From Octopus vulgaris (Eukaryota): 64,000 bases of DNA. The stretch lies in assembly GCA_951406725.2 (NCBI GenBank), contig OX597820.1, forward strand, positions 33,418,001-33,482,000, in the 5' to 3' direction. Positions 1 through 14,516 of this stretch are shown here, piece after piece; within the stretch, counting starts at the first letter, position 1; every line of letters begins with the position of its first letter. The translations under genes and the position numbers were made by a program. A model generated the notes under the pieces. It was not told the origin of the DNA. It ran no database searches and worked only from the letters and a program-made list of their open reading frames with translations.

Positions 1-3000
1 CCAGGGTAATAGAAGACACATGCCCACAGAATGAAGCCAAAACTGTGCTTGTGTCTATATACATTAATACTAAATTATTACTTTTTCCCCCTCAACATGC
101 TTATTTGTACTTAAGATAGTGAGCATTGCAAAACAAATACTAATTTATGTGGTATATTATACATCCTTTACTGAGAAAATATCTAAATTCTCCCCTTACC
201 TTTGTGTATGAAAAATATATATCAGCAACTAAGGCAGTAGTAATAGCGAGAGGTAATATTTATCCCCACTTGAACATGGATGTTCAGTTAGGACAAACTT
301 TATAGCAGTAGTTACCATGAGAGAGACTCTTATATTGGCTTTCTGGTGCAAAATGCACTTGTGTTTATGTAATTAGCAAGGAGATAAATCCTTGCTACCT
401 CCAGTGCTGAGATCATGTGATTTCAAACATCTTTGGTCTTGTTAATGATGCGCTTGTGTCATGACAACCATCACTTAGGACTTGCCAATTAGGATTTGTT
501 GCTGTTTAACCCCAGTTAAACAGCAGCAAGTCCCATGCTTGCCAGTGAAGTGGTTGATCAACCACTTCACTCGCATGTGACAAACCAATGAAATGGTCAC
601 TGTGATCATTCAATTCAATAGAGAAGTAAAAACCAAATATCACTGCTGTCCTAAGTAATGGTTACAAACTTATTTAGGTCTCACATGAGCCCTAAGACAC
701 ACCAGGCTGGAGCTTAATCCTGTTTCCATGGCATGTAAATGACTGAGATTACAACACTCACTGCCACCTGAACAGGATGTTGGTCCCTCACAGGCTTAAC
801 TTATGAGCTATTGCTGGAACTCATTTGCAGCCGAGTGGACTGGGGCAGTATTTTGCTCAAGAATACAACATACTGCCTAGTCTTGGAATCAAAATCACAA
901 TTTCATGATTGAGTGCAATACCCAAACCACAAGGCCACTTTGATGATATAGTCCAAGGTACTCTATGCCAGGTGGAAAAAAAGGACAAAAGTTTATAAAG
1001 GTAAACAACCGATTAAAACATTTTGTTATGAAATATCAAGTTGATATCAATGCTATAATTGCAGGTGTTTTTGACGACCTTCATGCTTTGCCAGGCGAAA
1101 CGGCTGTTTGTTCACTTGCCCTGTGAGTCATGTTTTGTTTTCTATACAAAATACCCTGTATTAGACTGTTGACATTAAAAACTATTGACAGAAATAATAG
1201 TTATAGCAATGAGTTACACACGAATATGATTGTTACTCTTCAACTTTTTTTATATTCAGCTTAAATACAGGAATGATAACAAAAATTGAATGAAATAAAA
1301 TGCAGAAAAAAAATTTTTTATCTAAAAGAAAAAAAAAAAAAGTTAACTTCTTTCAATACAAAATAAATTATGTTGCCATACAAAAAATTTGCAAAGACCA
1401 AGGCACACTGACAGCTATAATCCAATGAGCTTGAAGTCACAAGCTTTTTGTCTAAAGCTTTGCAATCATCTGCTTCAAGAAATAGGTATTTAATAAACTT
1501 CTTAAATATTTAGGGGGGAAAAAAAGGAGGAGGAGGGTATGAAGATAGCAGGCATTTGGTTTTGAATCTTAAAAAGTCATTGACCAATCAGTATAGGTCA
1601 ATGACTTGTGAACCAACCAAGTTGTCAGAGATTCAGTCACTCAGGCTCGAATATTGCATCTTTAAACAATTCACTGGATTTGTGTTTGATCTTAACATGA
1701 TTTTATTAAACTCTCACTACTTCCTAACATTGAAACTTCTATATTTTTCATTTAAAGTGTGTATGTGTGAGTATTGAGATGAACACCACAAATTGACAAA
1801 TAAAATAACATTTTGGTAAGTAGCTTGGTGGTGTGTTTACGTCCCCGTAACTTAGCGGTTCAGCAAAAGAGACCAATAGAATAAGTACTAGGCTTACAAA
1901 GAATAAGTCCTGGGGTCAATTTGCTCGACTAAAAGGTGGTGCTCCAGCATGGCCACAGTCAAATGACTGAAACAAGTAAAAGAGTAAAAGAGAGTTACTA
2001 GTCAAGTGATCCAAAGATGTGGCTGTGTGATAAGAAGCTTGTTCCACAACCACATAGTTCTGGGTTCAATCCCACTATGCGGCACCTTGGACCAACCAAA
2101 GCTCTGTGAGTGAATTTGGTAGATGGAAACTGAAGGAAGCCTATTTGTGCATGCATCTCTGTATTGCATGATAGTTGTAAATGAATATCTCCATCATGCA
2201 AGTGGTGTCCGTTTTCAATCTTCTGTGAAAAATATGTCTGGTCATGGAGAAATATGTTCCCTGCTTGAAAACAAGTGAGGCTTGATGACAATAGGGTATT
2301 ATCTGGCTGTAGAAGATTCACACCAGCAAAATTCCATCCAATCCACGAAGGCATAGAAATGTGGATGTTGAAACGATGATGATGATAATGGAGTGGGGAT
2401 TATGTAGATCAAGCAACCCATATTTGCCCATCCACCTACGCATGCAAAACCAATTCAGACAAATGCACACATACTGGAAACCCAATATCTTGATATAGTT
2501 TACCCAAATATATCAAGCTGTTACTCTTACTTGTTTCAGTCATTTGACTGTGGCCATGCTGGAGCACGGTCTTTAGTTGTTTAACTCCAGTTCAACACTA
2601 ATCATACAAGTGATCAAAAGTATTCTGGCCATGACCATTCCTATCATTTTAGTTATATACCAAGGGCTACATCATCAAATGTGTCTTTCTTTATTGAAGA
2701 GGGTAAGGTGTGATTAGAGAGAGAGAGAGAGGGGTGGCTGCTATTTCTAGCAAGTTGAGCTAACCACTATGCCTAGTCCTTTCTCTCAAGAGAACATCAT
2801 CTCTCTGGAATGTGCTCATATCTTTCTAGCAGGTGCTGCTCTGCAATTTAGGCCGACACATTGGCACTAGATGGTCCTGCCCTCCATCAGTCATGGTCCA
2901 CTGGCCCTTCAAACCTACTTGCCCTTCCACTTTTCATCCCTTGTTAAATTGCTTTGCAAGTGTCACACAACCGGCACCCATGCCAGTGGCATATAAAAAG

Positions 3001-4032
3001 CACCCTTCGAATGTTGGGCAATGTGTTGTGCTTGAAAAGACTCATCAAGTCAAGTGAAATCATTGTCATGGCCAACACCAGTATCTTAAAACTGGCATGT
3101 AAAAAGCACCCTCCAAATGCTGGACCTCACAGAGGCAGTGACAAGTGTCCAAGACCTTTGGCAATATACTGTTGCTTGAGAAGACCTGTCAAGCCATGTA
3201 ATATCGTAGTCATGGCCAATGCCAGTTTTATGTAACTGGCACGTAAAAAGCACCTGCTACACTCTTGGAGTGGTTGGCATTAAGAAGGGTATCCAGCCAT
3301 AGAAACTATGCCAAATCAGATTGGAGCCTGGTGCAGCTCACCAGCTTACCAATTTTCAGTCAAACCACCCAATACATGCCTGCATGGAAAACAGATGTTA
3401 AATGATGATAACTAAGTTTGGAAGGAAGATGAAGCAGTGAGTCAACTAATGATGTAGGAACCAACACACTGAAAGCAAATTGGGGGCCATCCTAACAAGA
3501 CATTTATTGACCAGTTGGTTGAAGACACTGGTTTACTGAAGAGTGACCTACCAAGACAAATGGAGGAGGAGGAGGAAATTCTGGAGACAAGTGTTTGATG
3601 GTGTTAGTCTGCACATGATGCACTAGGTAAGTCTGGAAAAGGGGATAGTGTCATTGCAGAACCTCTGAGACCAATAAGATTGATGTCACTAAACCATTGC
3701 AGATCAACACCTATGGGAAAGACAGGGCAGACTCCAGAGGACTGATGTCTTACACAGGAAGTTCAGGACAGAGTGGTTAGAATGTTAGAACAAGACTGGG
3801 GAGGAGAAAATGAAACACGGGTTATAAAAAAGTGAAAAGAATTAGTGGGGCCAGAGTAGTGAAGATACAAGATCAGCTGACTCTGAAAAATCTTTGAAAT
3901 TGGTATCAGAATCAGTTGTTAAAGGACAAAGTAGCCACTAAACAGACAGGACTATGATCAAAGACATTCCAACTTTGACCATCACCGTTTTTATTGAAGT
4001 CCATATAATCTAGATTTACCAGTCATATCTAG

Positions 4033-4901
4033 TACAAACTGGTATAGAAAAGTTTCCAGACTAGTTCTATAGCGCACCAACAGATGGCAGCATACAGGTG
4101 CATACACAATGACAACTAGCAGCAACCTTCATGAAGCAGTATGCCAAGTGACATCAGTGTGTTACTTTGCAGGTTGTGAAATTTGTGTTTTTGTGATCAC
4201 ATGTATGCTGTAGTCTGTGGTTTTGTCATAGACAGAAACAAAAATCCAATGTGAAATTTTGCATTAAAGTTGGGAAGTTTGCTACAGAAACATTAAGCAA
4301 GCTTTGGCAAGCTTACAGTGATAAGGCAATGGGTCATACACAATGTTTTGAAAGAGGTACAGGCACTTCAAAAGTTGAAGAACATCCCTGGAAGATGAGC
4401 AAGCTGGAAGACTTGCCACAAGCGTCACCCTTGGAAATATGGTATTGTGCATTGAGAATTTGTCCCCAAGAGCCAGACTGTCAATCAAAAATTCTGTGAC
4501 ATTCTGAAGCATTTGAGAGGGAATATTCAGAGAAAGCAAACAGATCTATAGAGCACAAAGAATTGGATTCTTCACAATGCACCCTGTCACTGAGCTCTCC
4601 CCGCTCATGAGTTTCTCACCAAAAACATGGTATCACTTCCACAACTGCCCTGTTCACTAGATTTAGCAACTGCAGACTTCCATCTCTTCCCAAAGTTGAA
4701 AATGTAGCTCAAAGGTCACCGTCTTAACACTTGTTGAGACCAAGAGCAAATCGCAGTAGGTTCTCAACTCGCAGAAAACAAGTGGCAGGAACGCTGGGAC
4801 TAGTGTATAGCTGCACAAGGTGATTATTTCAAAGATGTTAAAACTTAGGTAAAAAAGCTATTGTCTATTAAACATAAATAATCCTTCTGATACCACCTCA
4901 T
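4033..4901 (+). mobile_element. Degenerate Tc1/mariner element
   Basis: KFCIKVGKFATETLSKLWQAY (HTH) and CSLDLATADFHLFPKLK (YSPDLAP-DF-LF-like); frameshifted. Confidence 0.8.
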
Positions 4902-6033
4902 AAGCTTGCTTACCATGTAGAAGATCCTTTTTTGTTTCTAGCTAAAAATATTCCCACTGCTGTATTGCTGCTCATGATCAATCATGAACAAATTAATTTC
5001 ATGATAAAAGGCAATCCAGCCATAGCCATCCTAACTTTTTATGTGTCTAGGACTGCAACAACCAATATGTCCTCATAGGATAAAGTGTGATTTGCAAGAG
5101 ATCTGGCTGATGTTCTTTGGTTTGGACAAAGAGTTGTATCCATGGTCACATAAAAATATCCCTCTGTCTCCTCACAATTTCCATCATGACAATCTTCTTT
5201 TTTCAACATTTTATTTATTTCAGTCATTAGACTGCAGCCATGCTGGGAAACCAGTGTCCTATTCAGTCAGAAATACTATGAAAAAAGATTGAACGTTTAA
5301 CTAAATATACTGTCTCATAATCAACTTAGTCCACCCAAAATAGCCCCAACCACCATTGCCCAATCAAACAACAGTTTTAAATCCAGCAACAACAGGCACA
5401 CGTCTTCAACTTTGAAGGTAAGTAGAGCTCATCCATCACCTAGTTTAACACAAACACATGGCCCTTGAGTGCTTTTCACAGAGTCCATTCAATTGCAAGC
5501 ATTCAAAGCAGGTCACTGGTTTGAGGATAATTTCCTCCCCGCCTGCTACTATAGAAGCCCTAGAAAAGGTCATCAACGTGTCCCTTTCACCTCTGATTAA
5601 ACTATGTACCCTTTAGCATTTAAACAAGCCATACTTGGTTCAAATATTTGACCCATTTTATGTAAAAGCTGGTCAGATCTGACTCAAGTATTCAACCTGT
5701 TTAGGTTCATGCCTACCAACCAGATTCAGCATCTCATACCTACTCTACAATGCCACAGATTTAAACAATCAGATCTTCAAAACCTTGAAGCTACAAGATA
5801 ATGCCTGATCAATTCAATACAATGTGAGCAAATGAGCATTATATTTAAAGTAATCTGAATGCTAAGGGGATGAACTTTAAAAAAATTCTTTATTCAAAAA
5901 GTTTCATAGGCATGGCTGTGTGGTAAAATGGTTGCTTCCCAACCAACTGCATGGCACCTTGGGCAAGTGTCCACTATAGCCTTGGGTCAACCAAAGCCAT
6001 GTGAGCAAATTTGGTACATGGAAATTAAGAAGT

Positions 6034-6070
<37 letters not shown>

Positions 6071-6073
<3 letters not shown>

Positions 6074-6460
6074 CATAGGAGTGGCTGTGTGGTAAGTAGC
6101 TTGCTTACCAAACCACATGATTCCAGGTTCAGTCCCACTGTGTGGCACATTGTGCAAGTGTCTTCTACTATAGCCTCGGGCCAACCAAAGCCTTGTGAGT
6201 GGATTTGGTAGACAGAAATTGAAAGAAGCTCGTTGTGTATATATGTATATATATATGTGTGTGTGTATGTGTGTTTGTTCTCCCAACATCGCTTGACAAC
6301 TGATGCTGGTGTGTTTACGTCCCCGTAACTTAGCGGTTCAGCAAAAGAGACCGATAGAATAAGTACTAGGCTTACAAAGAATAAGTCCTGGGGTCGATTT
6401 GCTCGACTAAAGGTGGTGCTTCAGCATGGCCACAGTCACATGACAAACAAGTAAAATAGT
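6071..6460 (+). mobile_element. tRNA-derived SINE (dominant family), full copy; similar + strand copies at ~2018, 10096, 12373, 13807, 16780, 18574, 21056, 27495
   Basis: A-box gtggctgtgtggtaag, B-box ggttcagtccc, central (TA)/(TG) tract, tail gcatggccrcagtc...gaaacaagtaaaa. Confidence 0.85.
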
Positions 6461-6718
6461 GTATATATATATATTTATGTGTGTCTTTGTGTTTGTCCTC
6501 CCCACCATCACTTAACCAATGTTGGTGTGTTTAAGTTCCCCGTAACTTAGCAGTTCGGCAAAAGACATTGATAGAATAAGTGCTAGGCTTACAAAGAGTA
6601 AGTCCTGGGGTTGATTTCATTGACTAAAACCCTTTAAGTTAGTGCTCCAGCATGGCTGCAGTCAAACGACTAAATTGAGTAAAAGAATAAAAGAATAACT
6701 ACAAGTTAAATTGTAATC

Positions 6719-6944
6719 TTAACCATTTAGCATTTAAGCCGACCATATCTGGTCAAAATATCCTGCCTGTTCTAAGTTCAAACTGACCAGCTCTAAACTC
6801 TCACATCTACCCTAGAATGTCATTCTAAAAACAAACAATCGCATCATCAAAATCTCAAAGCTACAACATAATGCATGATTAATTCAAAACAATGTGAATT
6901 AACAAGCATTATATGAGAGAATAATCTGAATGCTAAAGGGTTAA
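6719..6944. mobile_element. piggyBac-type MITE (TTAA-CC...GGG-TTAA); other copies at ~5608-5870, 8656-8884, ~9679-9901 and, reversed, 15769-15994
   Basis: ttaaccatttagcatt...aatgctaaagggttaa termini with shared internal sequence. Confidence 0.75.
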
Positions 6945-7028
6945 TAATATAACTTTTTTTTTTTTTTCTTAGAAAATATATAATTGCAAAGGACAGAGTA
7001 TAAAAAAGAAAGAAAAACAATCACTCAC

Positions 7029-7164
7029 CTTTGAAATTTATCTTGTCTGCATTGTTAGCTAATGCATGTACAAGAGCGATGGTACCACAGGCATTACCGA
7101 TTGTTTGACGGATGAAATATAACTCAGACTTCTCTTCTACTTTACCAATAGGATTATCAATTGC
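7029..7164 (-). CDS. UCH-L1/L3 coding exon 4 with catalytic Cys (AIDNPIGKVEEKSELYFIRQTIGNACGTIALVHALANNADKINFK)
   Basis: cttttccccag acceptor and G|gtgagt donor; 136 nt; QTIGNACGT contains the oxyanion Gln and catalytic Cys of Peptidase_C12; downstream His/Asp exons not found in the window. Confidence 0.95.
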
Positions 7165-7414
7165 CTGGGGAAAAGAAATGAAGATTAGACAACAGGTGAG
7201 AAGTTATAAATTACGTCATCAAATAACACTCATGCTATGAAAATAAAGGATAGGAAGGGTTGATATGGCTTAGCCTTAGATCAGCCCAGACTGAACAAAC
7301 CTCTGATCAAAGGCATTCCAGCCATGACCATCTTATTTTCAAAAGCCTACCTAAGACTACATTGTCCGAGTTTTTTCTTTATTTCTTAGAAGATATGATT
7401 TAAGGGAAATTCAG

Positions 7415-7915
7415 CCACCATTCACAGAAGGCCCCATTCGGTCGCCACATTCACAACAGCCCCATTCAGTCACCACATTCACAACAGCCCCATCCATTCA
7501 CCACATTCACAACAGCCCCATCCGTTCACCACATTCACAACAGCCCCATCCGTTCACCACATTCACAACAGCCCCATCCGTTCACCACATTCACAACAGC
7601 CCCATCCGTTCACCACATTCACAACAGCCCCATCCGTTCACTACATTCACAACAACCCCATCTGGTCGCAGTCACAGCAGCTCCATTCATCCCCCACAAT
7701 CACAAAAGCCCCATTCAGCCTCTACATTCACATAGGGCCCCGTTCAGCCTCTACATTCATGGTGGTTCTGTTCAACTGTCACATTCACAGTGACCCCATT
7801 CAGCTTCTGTATTAACAGCAGGCTCATTCAGCCACTATATTCAGTGATACTGTTCAGCTGCTACATTCACAAAGACCACATGTAGCTACTACATTTACAG
7901 TGACCATATTTAGCT
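7415..7915. repeat. 28-bp minisatellite CCACATTCACAACAGCCCCATCCGTTCA, decaying rightwards
   Basis: Near-perfect units ~7473-7660, degenerate units to ~7915. Confidence 0.92.
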
Positions 7916-8206
7916 TGAGGTGTGATGGCCACAACACCTTTGATCTATTCAATCAGGGTTGATGGGAATAGGGCTATAAACAGCGTTTATCATTGTCATT
8001 CAAGCCAAATCTCTAAATAATACTTTACTGTCTCAAAAAAAAAAAAGACATGGTCACATTAGCTTATGTGGTCCTAGATACCCTAAAAAAAGAAAAAAAC
8101 AGCCGCGATACTTTTTATCAGACAATTTTGTAAACAAACTAAATAATAAACTAGAAGTAGCACCCAATGTTACCCAGGTTTATTGATGTCTATAGTAAAT
8201 ATATGT

Positions 8207-8510
8207 GGAGATGCAACGGCCAAGTGGTTAGAGCAGCGGACTCGCGGTTGTAGGATCGCAGTTTCAATTCCCAGACCAGGCGTTGTGAATGTTTATTGAG
8301 TGAAAACACCTAAAGCTCCACGAAACTCTGGCAGGGGGTGATGGTGATCCCTGCTGTACTCTTTCACCACAACTTTCTCTCACTCTTTCTTCTGTTGGCC
8401 TGCTCACTTAGCCAGTGGGGTGGCATCATTTGAAGGCTAAAACAATGCGAAGAGCATTGTGACCAGCGATGTGTAACAGCATCTGATAGCCTGGTCGGTC
8501 ATAGTGATCA
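8207..8510 (+). mobile_element. Second tRNA-derived SINE family
   Basis: ggccaagtggttagagcagcggactcgcgg...gtttcaattccc tRNA-like head. Confidence 0.65.
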
Positions 8511-10251
8511 TGTTGATAAATATAATCACAAATTTTTTTCAAACAAATTGCTTTAACCCTATCTCAGTTGAAATAATTTTGAGTCAATTTTCAAAATAGT
8601 GAAGAATTTAGTATACTAACTTGATACTAGTTCAAATATGTTTGAAAGAAATAACTAACCCTTTAGCATTTAAGCAAGCCATATCAGACCTAAATATTCT
8701 ACCCGTTTTATGTGCAAACCAGTCAGATCTGGCCTCTCACACCTACCCTATAATGCCATTCTAAAAATATACAACCATGTCATCAAAATTTTAAAGCTAT
8801 GAGATTATGTAGGATTCATTTCTAAACAATATTAATAAATACATATTACATTTGACAGAGTCAATCTGAATGATAAAGGGTTAAACTCATAAAAGGCTTT
8901 TCATTGCAGTTTGTCATGAAAATTAAAAAAAAAAAATGCTTGAGACAAGATTGTATACAACACAATAGTCAGCTCAGAGCAACTCCTGTTGAACTGATGG
9001 ATACATGTATTTTGAACTCATGTCTTTCAACAGAGATGAAAACAGAGTTCAAAATACAATAATGCTTCGATATACAAGTTAGTTTGTTCCCAGAGACTGC
9101 TCGTAAAGTGAAAACCCATAAAGCAGAGCAATAACTTCCCATGGTAACAATGTTATAAATCATAATTCGTTCCCAGAAAAATATTTTACCTCTAAAATTT
9201 ATACTACTCGTAAATAAATGGCAAAAAAACAATAGAATGTAAAGAATATTTTATGTAAAGTAAAAAGAAGGTCAAGATCATCATCATCATCGTTTAACAT
9301 CTGTTTTCCATGCTATCATGGGTTGGATGGTTTGACTGGGGTCTTGGAAGCTAGGAGGCTGCATCAGGCTCCAGTTCAATCTGACAGTGTTTCTACAGCT
9401 GGATGCCCTTCCTAACGCCGACCACTCCGTGAGTGTAGTGGATCCTCAGAAAGTGAGGTATTACTGAACATGTATACAAGTCAGAAAAGAGGTTACTTTG
9501 AGCTGACTATAGTGTTTTACAACATTTTGTCTTAAGCGAAAATATTTTTCTCATGACAAATTGTAGAGAAAAGCCTTTTACAGGTTCAAATACCTCTCAA
9601 ACATATTTGAAGTGGTATTCTACCCACAGATTGGTTAATTAACTTTGTCATTAAGTTGGTGCTTAGAATATAAATTAAGCTTTTAGCAGTCAAACCAGCC
9701 ATATGTGGCCCAACTATTCTACTGGTTTTATGTCCAAACTGGTTAAATCTGGCCTCTGCCATCTACCTTATAATTTTATTTGAAAAATAAACAATCACAT
9801 CATCAAAATCTTTAGACTATCAGATAATGCAAGATGAATTCAAAACAATATGAATAAACAAGCATTACATTTGACAGAATAAGCTGAATGCTAAGGAGTT
9901 AGCATGAAATTTTGAAGGCAAATTTTAACCTAGACTACTTTAAAATGAAGTTTGTATCATAGAACTTGGGGTTAAAATGCAATGAGGTGGCTCAGTTGAT
10001 TAAGGAATGATATTCACACAGAAATATTTGTATTTAGATAAATCAGATGAGTCAAGTTGCTATTCATAATAAAGCACAACAAATAATATAAATGCAGGCA
10101 TGGTTGTGTGGTTGAGAAGCTGGCATCACAATCATACAGTCTCTGGTTCAATCTCACTGTGCTGTGCCTTGGGCAAGTGTTTTCTGCTATAGCCCCATGT
10201 CAAACAAAGCTTTGAGTGGATTTGGTTGATGGAAACAGAAAAGAAGCCTGT

Positions 10252-10306
<55 letters not shown>

Positions 10307-11659
10307 ATTACCATCTCATAGTGTCACTATCAAGCAGACATTGTCTTTCATTTCAAATCTTCTGTGAAAACATGTCTGGCCTGGGAGAGATATTAGCTTA
10401 CTTGGAAACAAGTGAGGGCTGGCAACAGGAAGGGCATCCAATCATAGACAATCTGCCTCAAGATCTGTCTGTCCCATGCAAGCATGGAATAGTGGACATT
10501 AAACTGATGATGATGGATGTCTAAAATGACACGAGGCTTCTAAACCTGTTCTTAAATATATGAGTCCCCAAATGCTAAATTTTACTTACTGAGGTGCAAA
10601 ACTGACAAACAATCATGCACATCTTTTATATTTAACCATCAAACTACTACTTATCATATCAACTACTATAGTCACAGACAACAACCACATCCTCCATGAC
10701 TACCATCACAACCTCCATAACAACTGTCACAACCACCAAAACCACTACCACCACCTACCACAACAACAATAATAATCACTACTACCATGACAGCCACAAC
10801 CATCACAGCAACCATTCAACAATACAGACAGACACTATGTTTATGTAGCTTTGAAAACAGGAGGAAAAAAAATATGCTAAAAATGTCACAGTAACTTAGT
10901 AGATTTATTTGAAAGGTGTTTTTCAACCTGTAATCTTTCTTTTATTCAACACCCCAAAACCCACCCACCAACACCACCATTACCACACTTGCATAAAAGA
11001 ACAATTGCTGCCTTGAACATCCAATTTTAATAAGATATAAAACATTAACCTTTCAATAATAATAATAATAATAGTGAAGATTAGTTAACAGTAACAATAA
11101 ATGCATTATATACAGAATATTCATAAAAAAAAGAAAAGAAAAAGAAAGGAAAAGAAAAAAAATTTATTGCAATGACTTAGCAGAAATGGTCTGAAAACAA
11201 AGCCTTAAATGTGTATACATATCCTACACAGGTTTTGTTTTCACTATCCCCTGGAGAGTGAAACAACTAACAAGTAATACACTGGAGACAAAATTTAATA
11301 TTACACATAAGTGCAGGTGTGGCTGAGAAGTTGGCTTTCCGACCACATTGTTTAGGGTTCAGTCTTACTGGATAGCACCTTGAGCAAGTGTCTTCTACTA
11401 TAGCTTTAGACAAACCAAAGCTTTGGGAGTGGATTTCATCATCATCCAGTGGCTTAAATCAGGGTTTTGTCCCTGTTAACAGGGGTGGCCGGATCTACCT
11501 TAATGCCACAGCAACTGCCCTCACATGATCTGACCCAGTTTTGGGCGTGCTCCCTTCTCAAGCCAACTCTCCCAATCTCCTCCTCCACCTGTCCCTTCTA
11601 TGCTTTCCTTGATCTACCTCATTTCGTGGTCCATTTACTTCAAATTCAAGCACCCTCCT

Positions 11660-12112
11660 CATCCCTCCTCAACACACACATGCATTTGCCATTACCCTCC
11701 TCCCACATACACCACATAGATCCACCTTACTAACACTTTTCCTTCCATCCCGCTCACCGTCACTTTTGTCTTCCTTGCTTTCAAACCCCTCCTTCCATTT
11801 CCAAAACTTCTCCTTCAATCCCTCCATCATCTCACTCATCAGAACAAGGTCATCCGCATACAGTATCTCCATTATCAATCCCTCTCTTGCACTCTCCGTC
11901 ACCACATCAACCACTATTGCAAACAACAACGGTGACAACACAGATCCCTAATGCACACCAACTTTCACTGCAAACTCCTCTGACAGCTCTGATCCAATTC
12001 TAACTCTTGTCTTTACCCCCTCATACAAACTCATCACTGCCCTCACTATTACCTCTAGTACACCTCTCTTCCTCAATGCCCATGTAATCACCTTCCTTGA
12101 AACCCTATCAAA
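11660..12112 (-). mobile_element. RTE-clade LINE reverse transcriptase fragment
   Basis: FDRVSRKVITWAL...VKVGVH*GSVLSPLLFAIVVD...ILYADDLVL. Confidence 0.9.
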
Positions 12113-13014
12113 TGAAACAAATTTTTGGGCCTTGTGCCAGAGCAGTACAACTATCTTTCTCTTTCCACCCCGACCTGTGAGTAAGAATGGATGTTTCAGT
12201 GCATCTCCCTCGCCATCCTCCAGGTCAATGCCATTTCCATTTTGTCTGCTGAGACCACAATGCAGTCTAAATTGCAGGAAATCAGGAGAATGTAATAGCT
12301 TACTACATGAACAATATTCTTTATCTTCAGTTATTGATAGGCTCAGGTTTAAAAGAATGAAGAGAAAAATAAGGAGTGGCTGTGTGGTAAGAAGCTTGCT
12401 TGCCAACCACAAGGTTCTGGGTTCAGTCCCACTGCATGGCACCTTGGGCAAGTGTCTTCTACTATAGCCTTGGGCCGACCAAAGCTTTGTGAGTGGATGT
12501 AGTAGATAGAAACTGAAAGAAACACATCATATATATATGTGTGTGTGTGTGTGTGTCATCACCACTTGACAACCAGTGTTGGTGTGTTTATGTCCCTGTA
12601 ACTTAGCGGTTTGGTAAAAGCAACTGATAGAATAAATACCAGGCTTAAAAGTTAAGTACTGGGTTGATTCATTTGACTAAAAATTCAAGGTGGTGCCCCA
12701 GCATGGCTGCAGTCTAATGGCTGAAACATAAGATAAAAGATAAACCTTTACCAGGATGGAAACCATCTCATTTTCTACTCACCCCATATATGATAAGAAA
12801 TAAAACAAAAACAAAATGTAGTCTCATGTACAACACAACCTTATATTTAATTCATTATTTGCAGTTAATACATCAAGCAAAAACAATCAATGCAAATAAT
12901 GATTTTTTTTTTTTTCTTCTTTTTTCCACTTGAAAGCAGTTTACAGACCGGAATTTCCAAATCTCTTTCTGAAATCACAAAACTATCCCCTATCTAAGTA
13001 TTGTGGTACTAGAG

Positions 13015-13283
13015 CAGTGGTCCATATAAGATAGGGGGGGGGGGGGGCAAGTAATAAAACAGTAAATCGTATTTTAAGGGTTCCTGAAAAAAATGTATAT
13101 ATTGGTATGTATTAGGTTTCTCTAATATTTCATCGTCACCTGTTTATGCATGAAAAGCATTATAGGAATTTTGAAAGAAGTTTCTATAGAACTAGTTTTT
13201 AAACATCAAATGGCTATAGGGATCCACCAAAATAAAATAGTAATCAATGGGGTCCATAGGTTAAAAATGGCTGAGAACCATTG
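13015..13283. mobile_element. hAT-like non-autonomous element (related end at ~63803)
   Basis: cagtggt... / ...gctgagaaccattg termini resembling CAGTGGTTCTCAACC-type TIRs. Confidence 0.45.
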
Positions 13284-13964
13284 TGCTAGATGAAGAAATA
13301 TTCTCCATTTTTGGCAAATAAAGAAATTATCATCCAGATCACTTATACATGCTTGCATGCATCTGATGGGAATCAAGGCATATTTTCTATAATTGAATGC
13401 CCCACTTGTGTCACAAACCTTAACTTGTTTCCAAGCAAAGTGTATCTCCCTATGGCCAGTCAAATTCAAAAAGAAAACTAAAAATTAAAGACACTGCTTG
13501 TATGACATTAAGTCATTTACAACGATTGCATGATATCAAGACAAGGAGACACACAAACACACACCCATACTTACACACACAAAAAAATTGGAAGTAACTG
13601 AAGGTCAATGCAAACATAAATAGCAAAGCAAAACATTTTGTTTACTTCACCACATGCTCACATTGCAATGAGAATTATATCAGCCAAACAATATTAAAAT
13701 AAAATAAACAGGCTGGAGAGCAAAAACAACAAAATCAAATATTTGTCTCTGAGAAATGTTTCATATAGTGAAAACCTAGACCATTTGTGCAAAAAAAATT
13801 CAAGATAGGAGTGGCTTTGTGGTAAGTAGATGGTTTACCAACCACATGGTTCCAGGTTCAGTACCACTGTGTGGAACCATGGGCAAGTGTCTTCTACTAT
13901 AGCTTCAAGCTGACCAAAGCCTCGAGTGGATTTGGTAGACAGACACTGAAAGAAGCCCGTCGTA

Positions 13965-14516
13965 TCAAACCAAATTCGACAACTGGCACCCATGCCAAAC
14001 TTTCCTTCATTGGACACTAAACTGCTTGCGAAGACCTGTTGGGGCAAGTGAAATCAAAATTGAACCAAATTCGATGACTGGCACTCGTGCCAGTGGAGCA
14101 CTATCAGCTCCATCCGAGCGGGAGCACTGCCAGAGCAGCTGTCTGGCTTCTGTGCCGGTGGTACGTAAAAAGTACCATTTGAGTGTGATCATTACCAGTG
14201 TCGCCTTACTGGCACGTGAACAAAACATTCGAGTGAGGTTGTTGCCAGTGCCACTGGACTGACTCTTGTGCAGGTGGCATGTAAAAAACACCATTTGAGC
14301 GTGGCCATTGCCAGTACCGCCAGACTGGCCCTCATGTTGGTGGCACGTAAAAGCACCCACTACACTCTTGGAGTGGTTGGCATTAGGAAGGGCATCCAGT
14401 TGTAGAAACTCTGCCAGATCAGATTGGAGCCTGGTGCAGCCATCTGGTTCGCCAGTCCTCAGTCAAATCGTCCAACCCATGCTAGCATGGGAAGCAGACG
14501 TTAAATGATGATGATG
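13965..14516 (+). mobile_element. RTE 3'-UTR element nested inside a SINE
   Basis: Similar to 32100-32583 (ggtggcacgtaaaagcacc subrepeats, gttaaatgatgatgat tail); splits the SINE at 13807-14680. Confidence 0.75.

Noticed and set aside
1340-1530. Possible UCH exon 5 (minus-strand frame IFKKFIKYLFLEADD...)
   Set aside because: No convincing acceptor in the required phase and no further family similarity; the next exon is probably outside the window
6071-6150. tRNA genes at SINE heads
   Set aside because: A/B boxes present but no complete cloverleaf, and each continues into a shared SINE body
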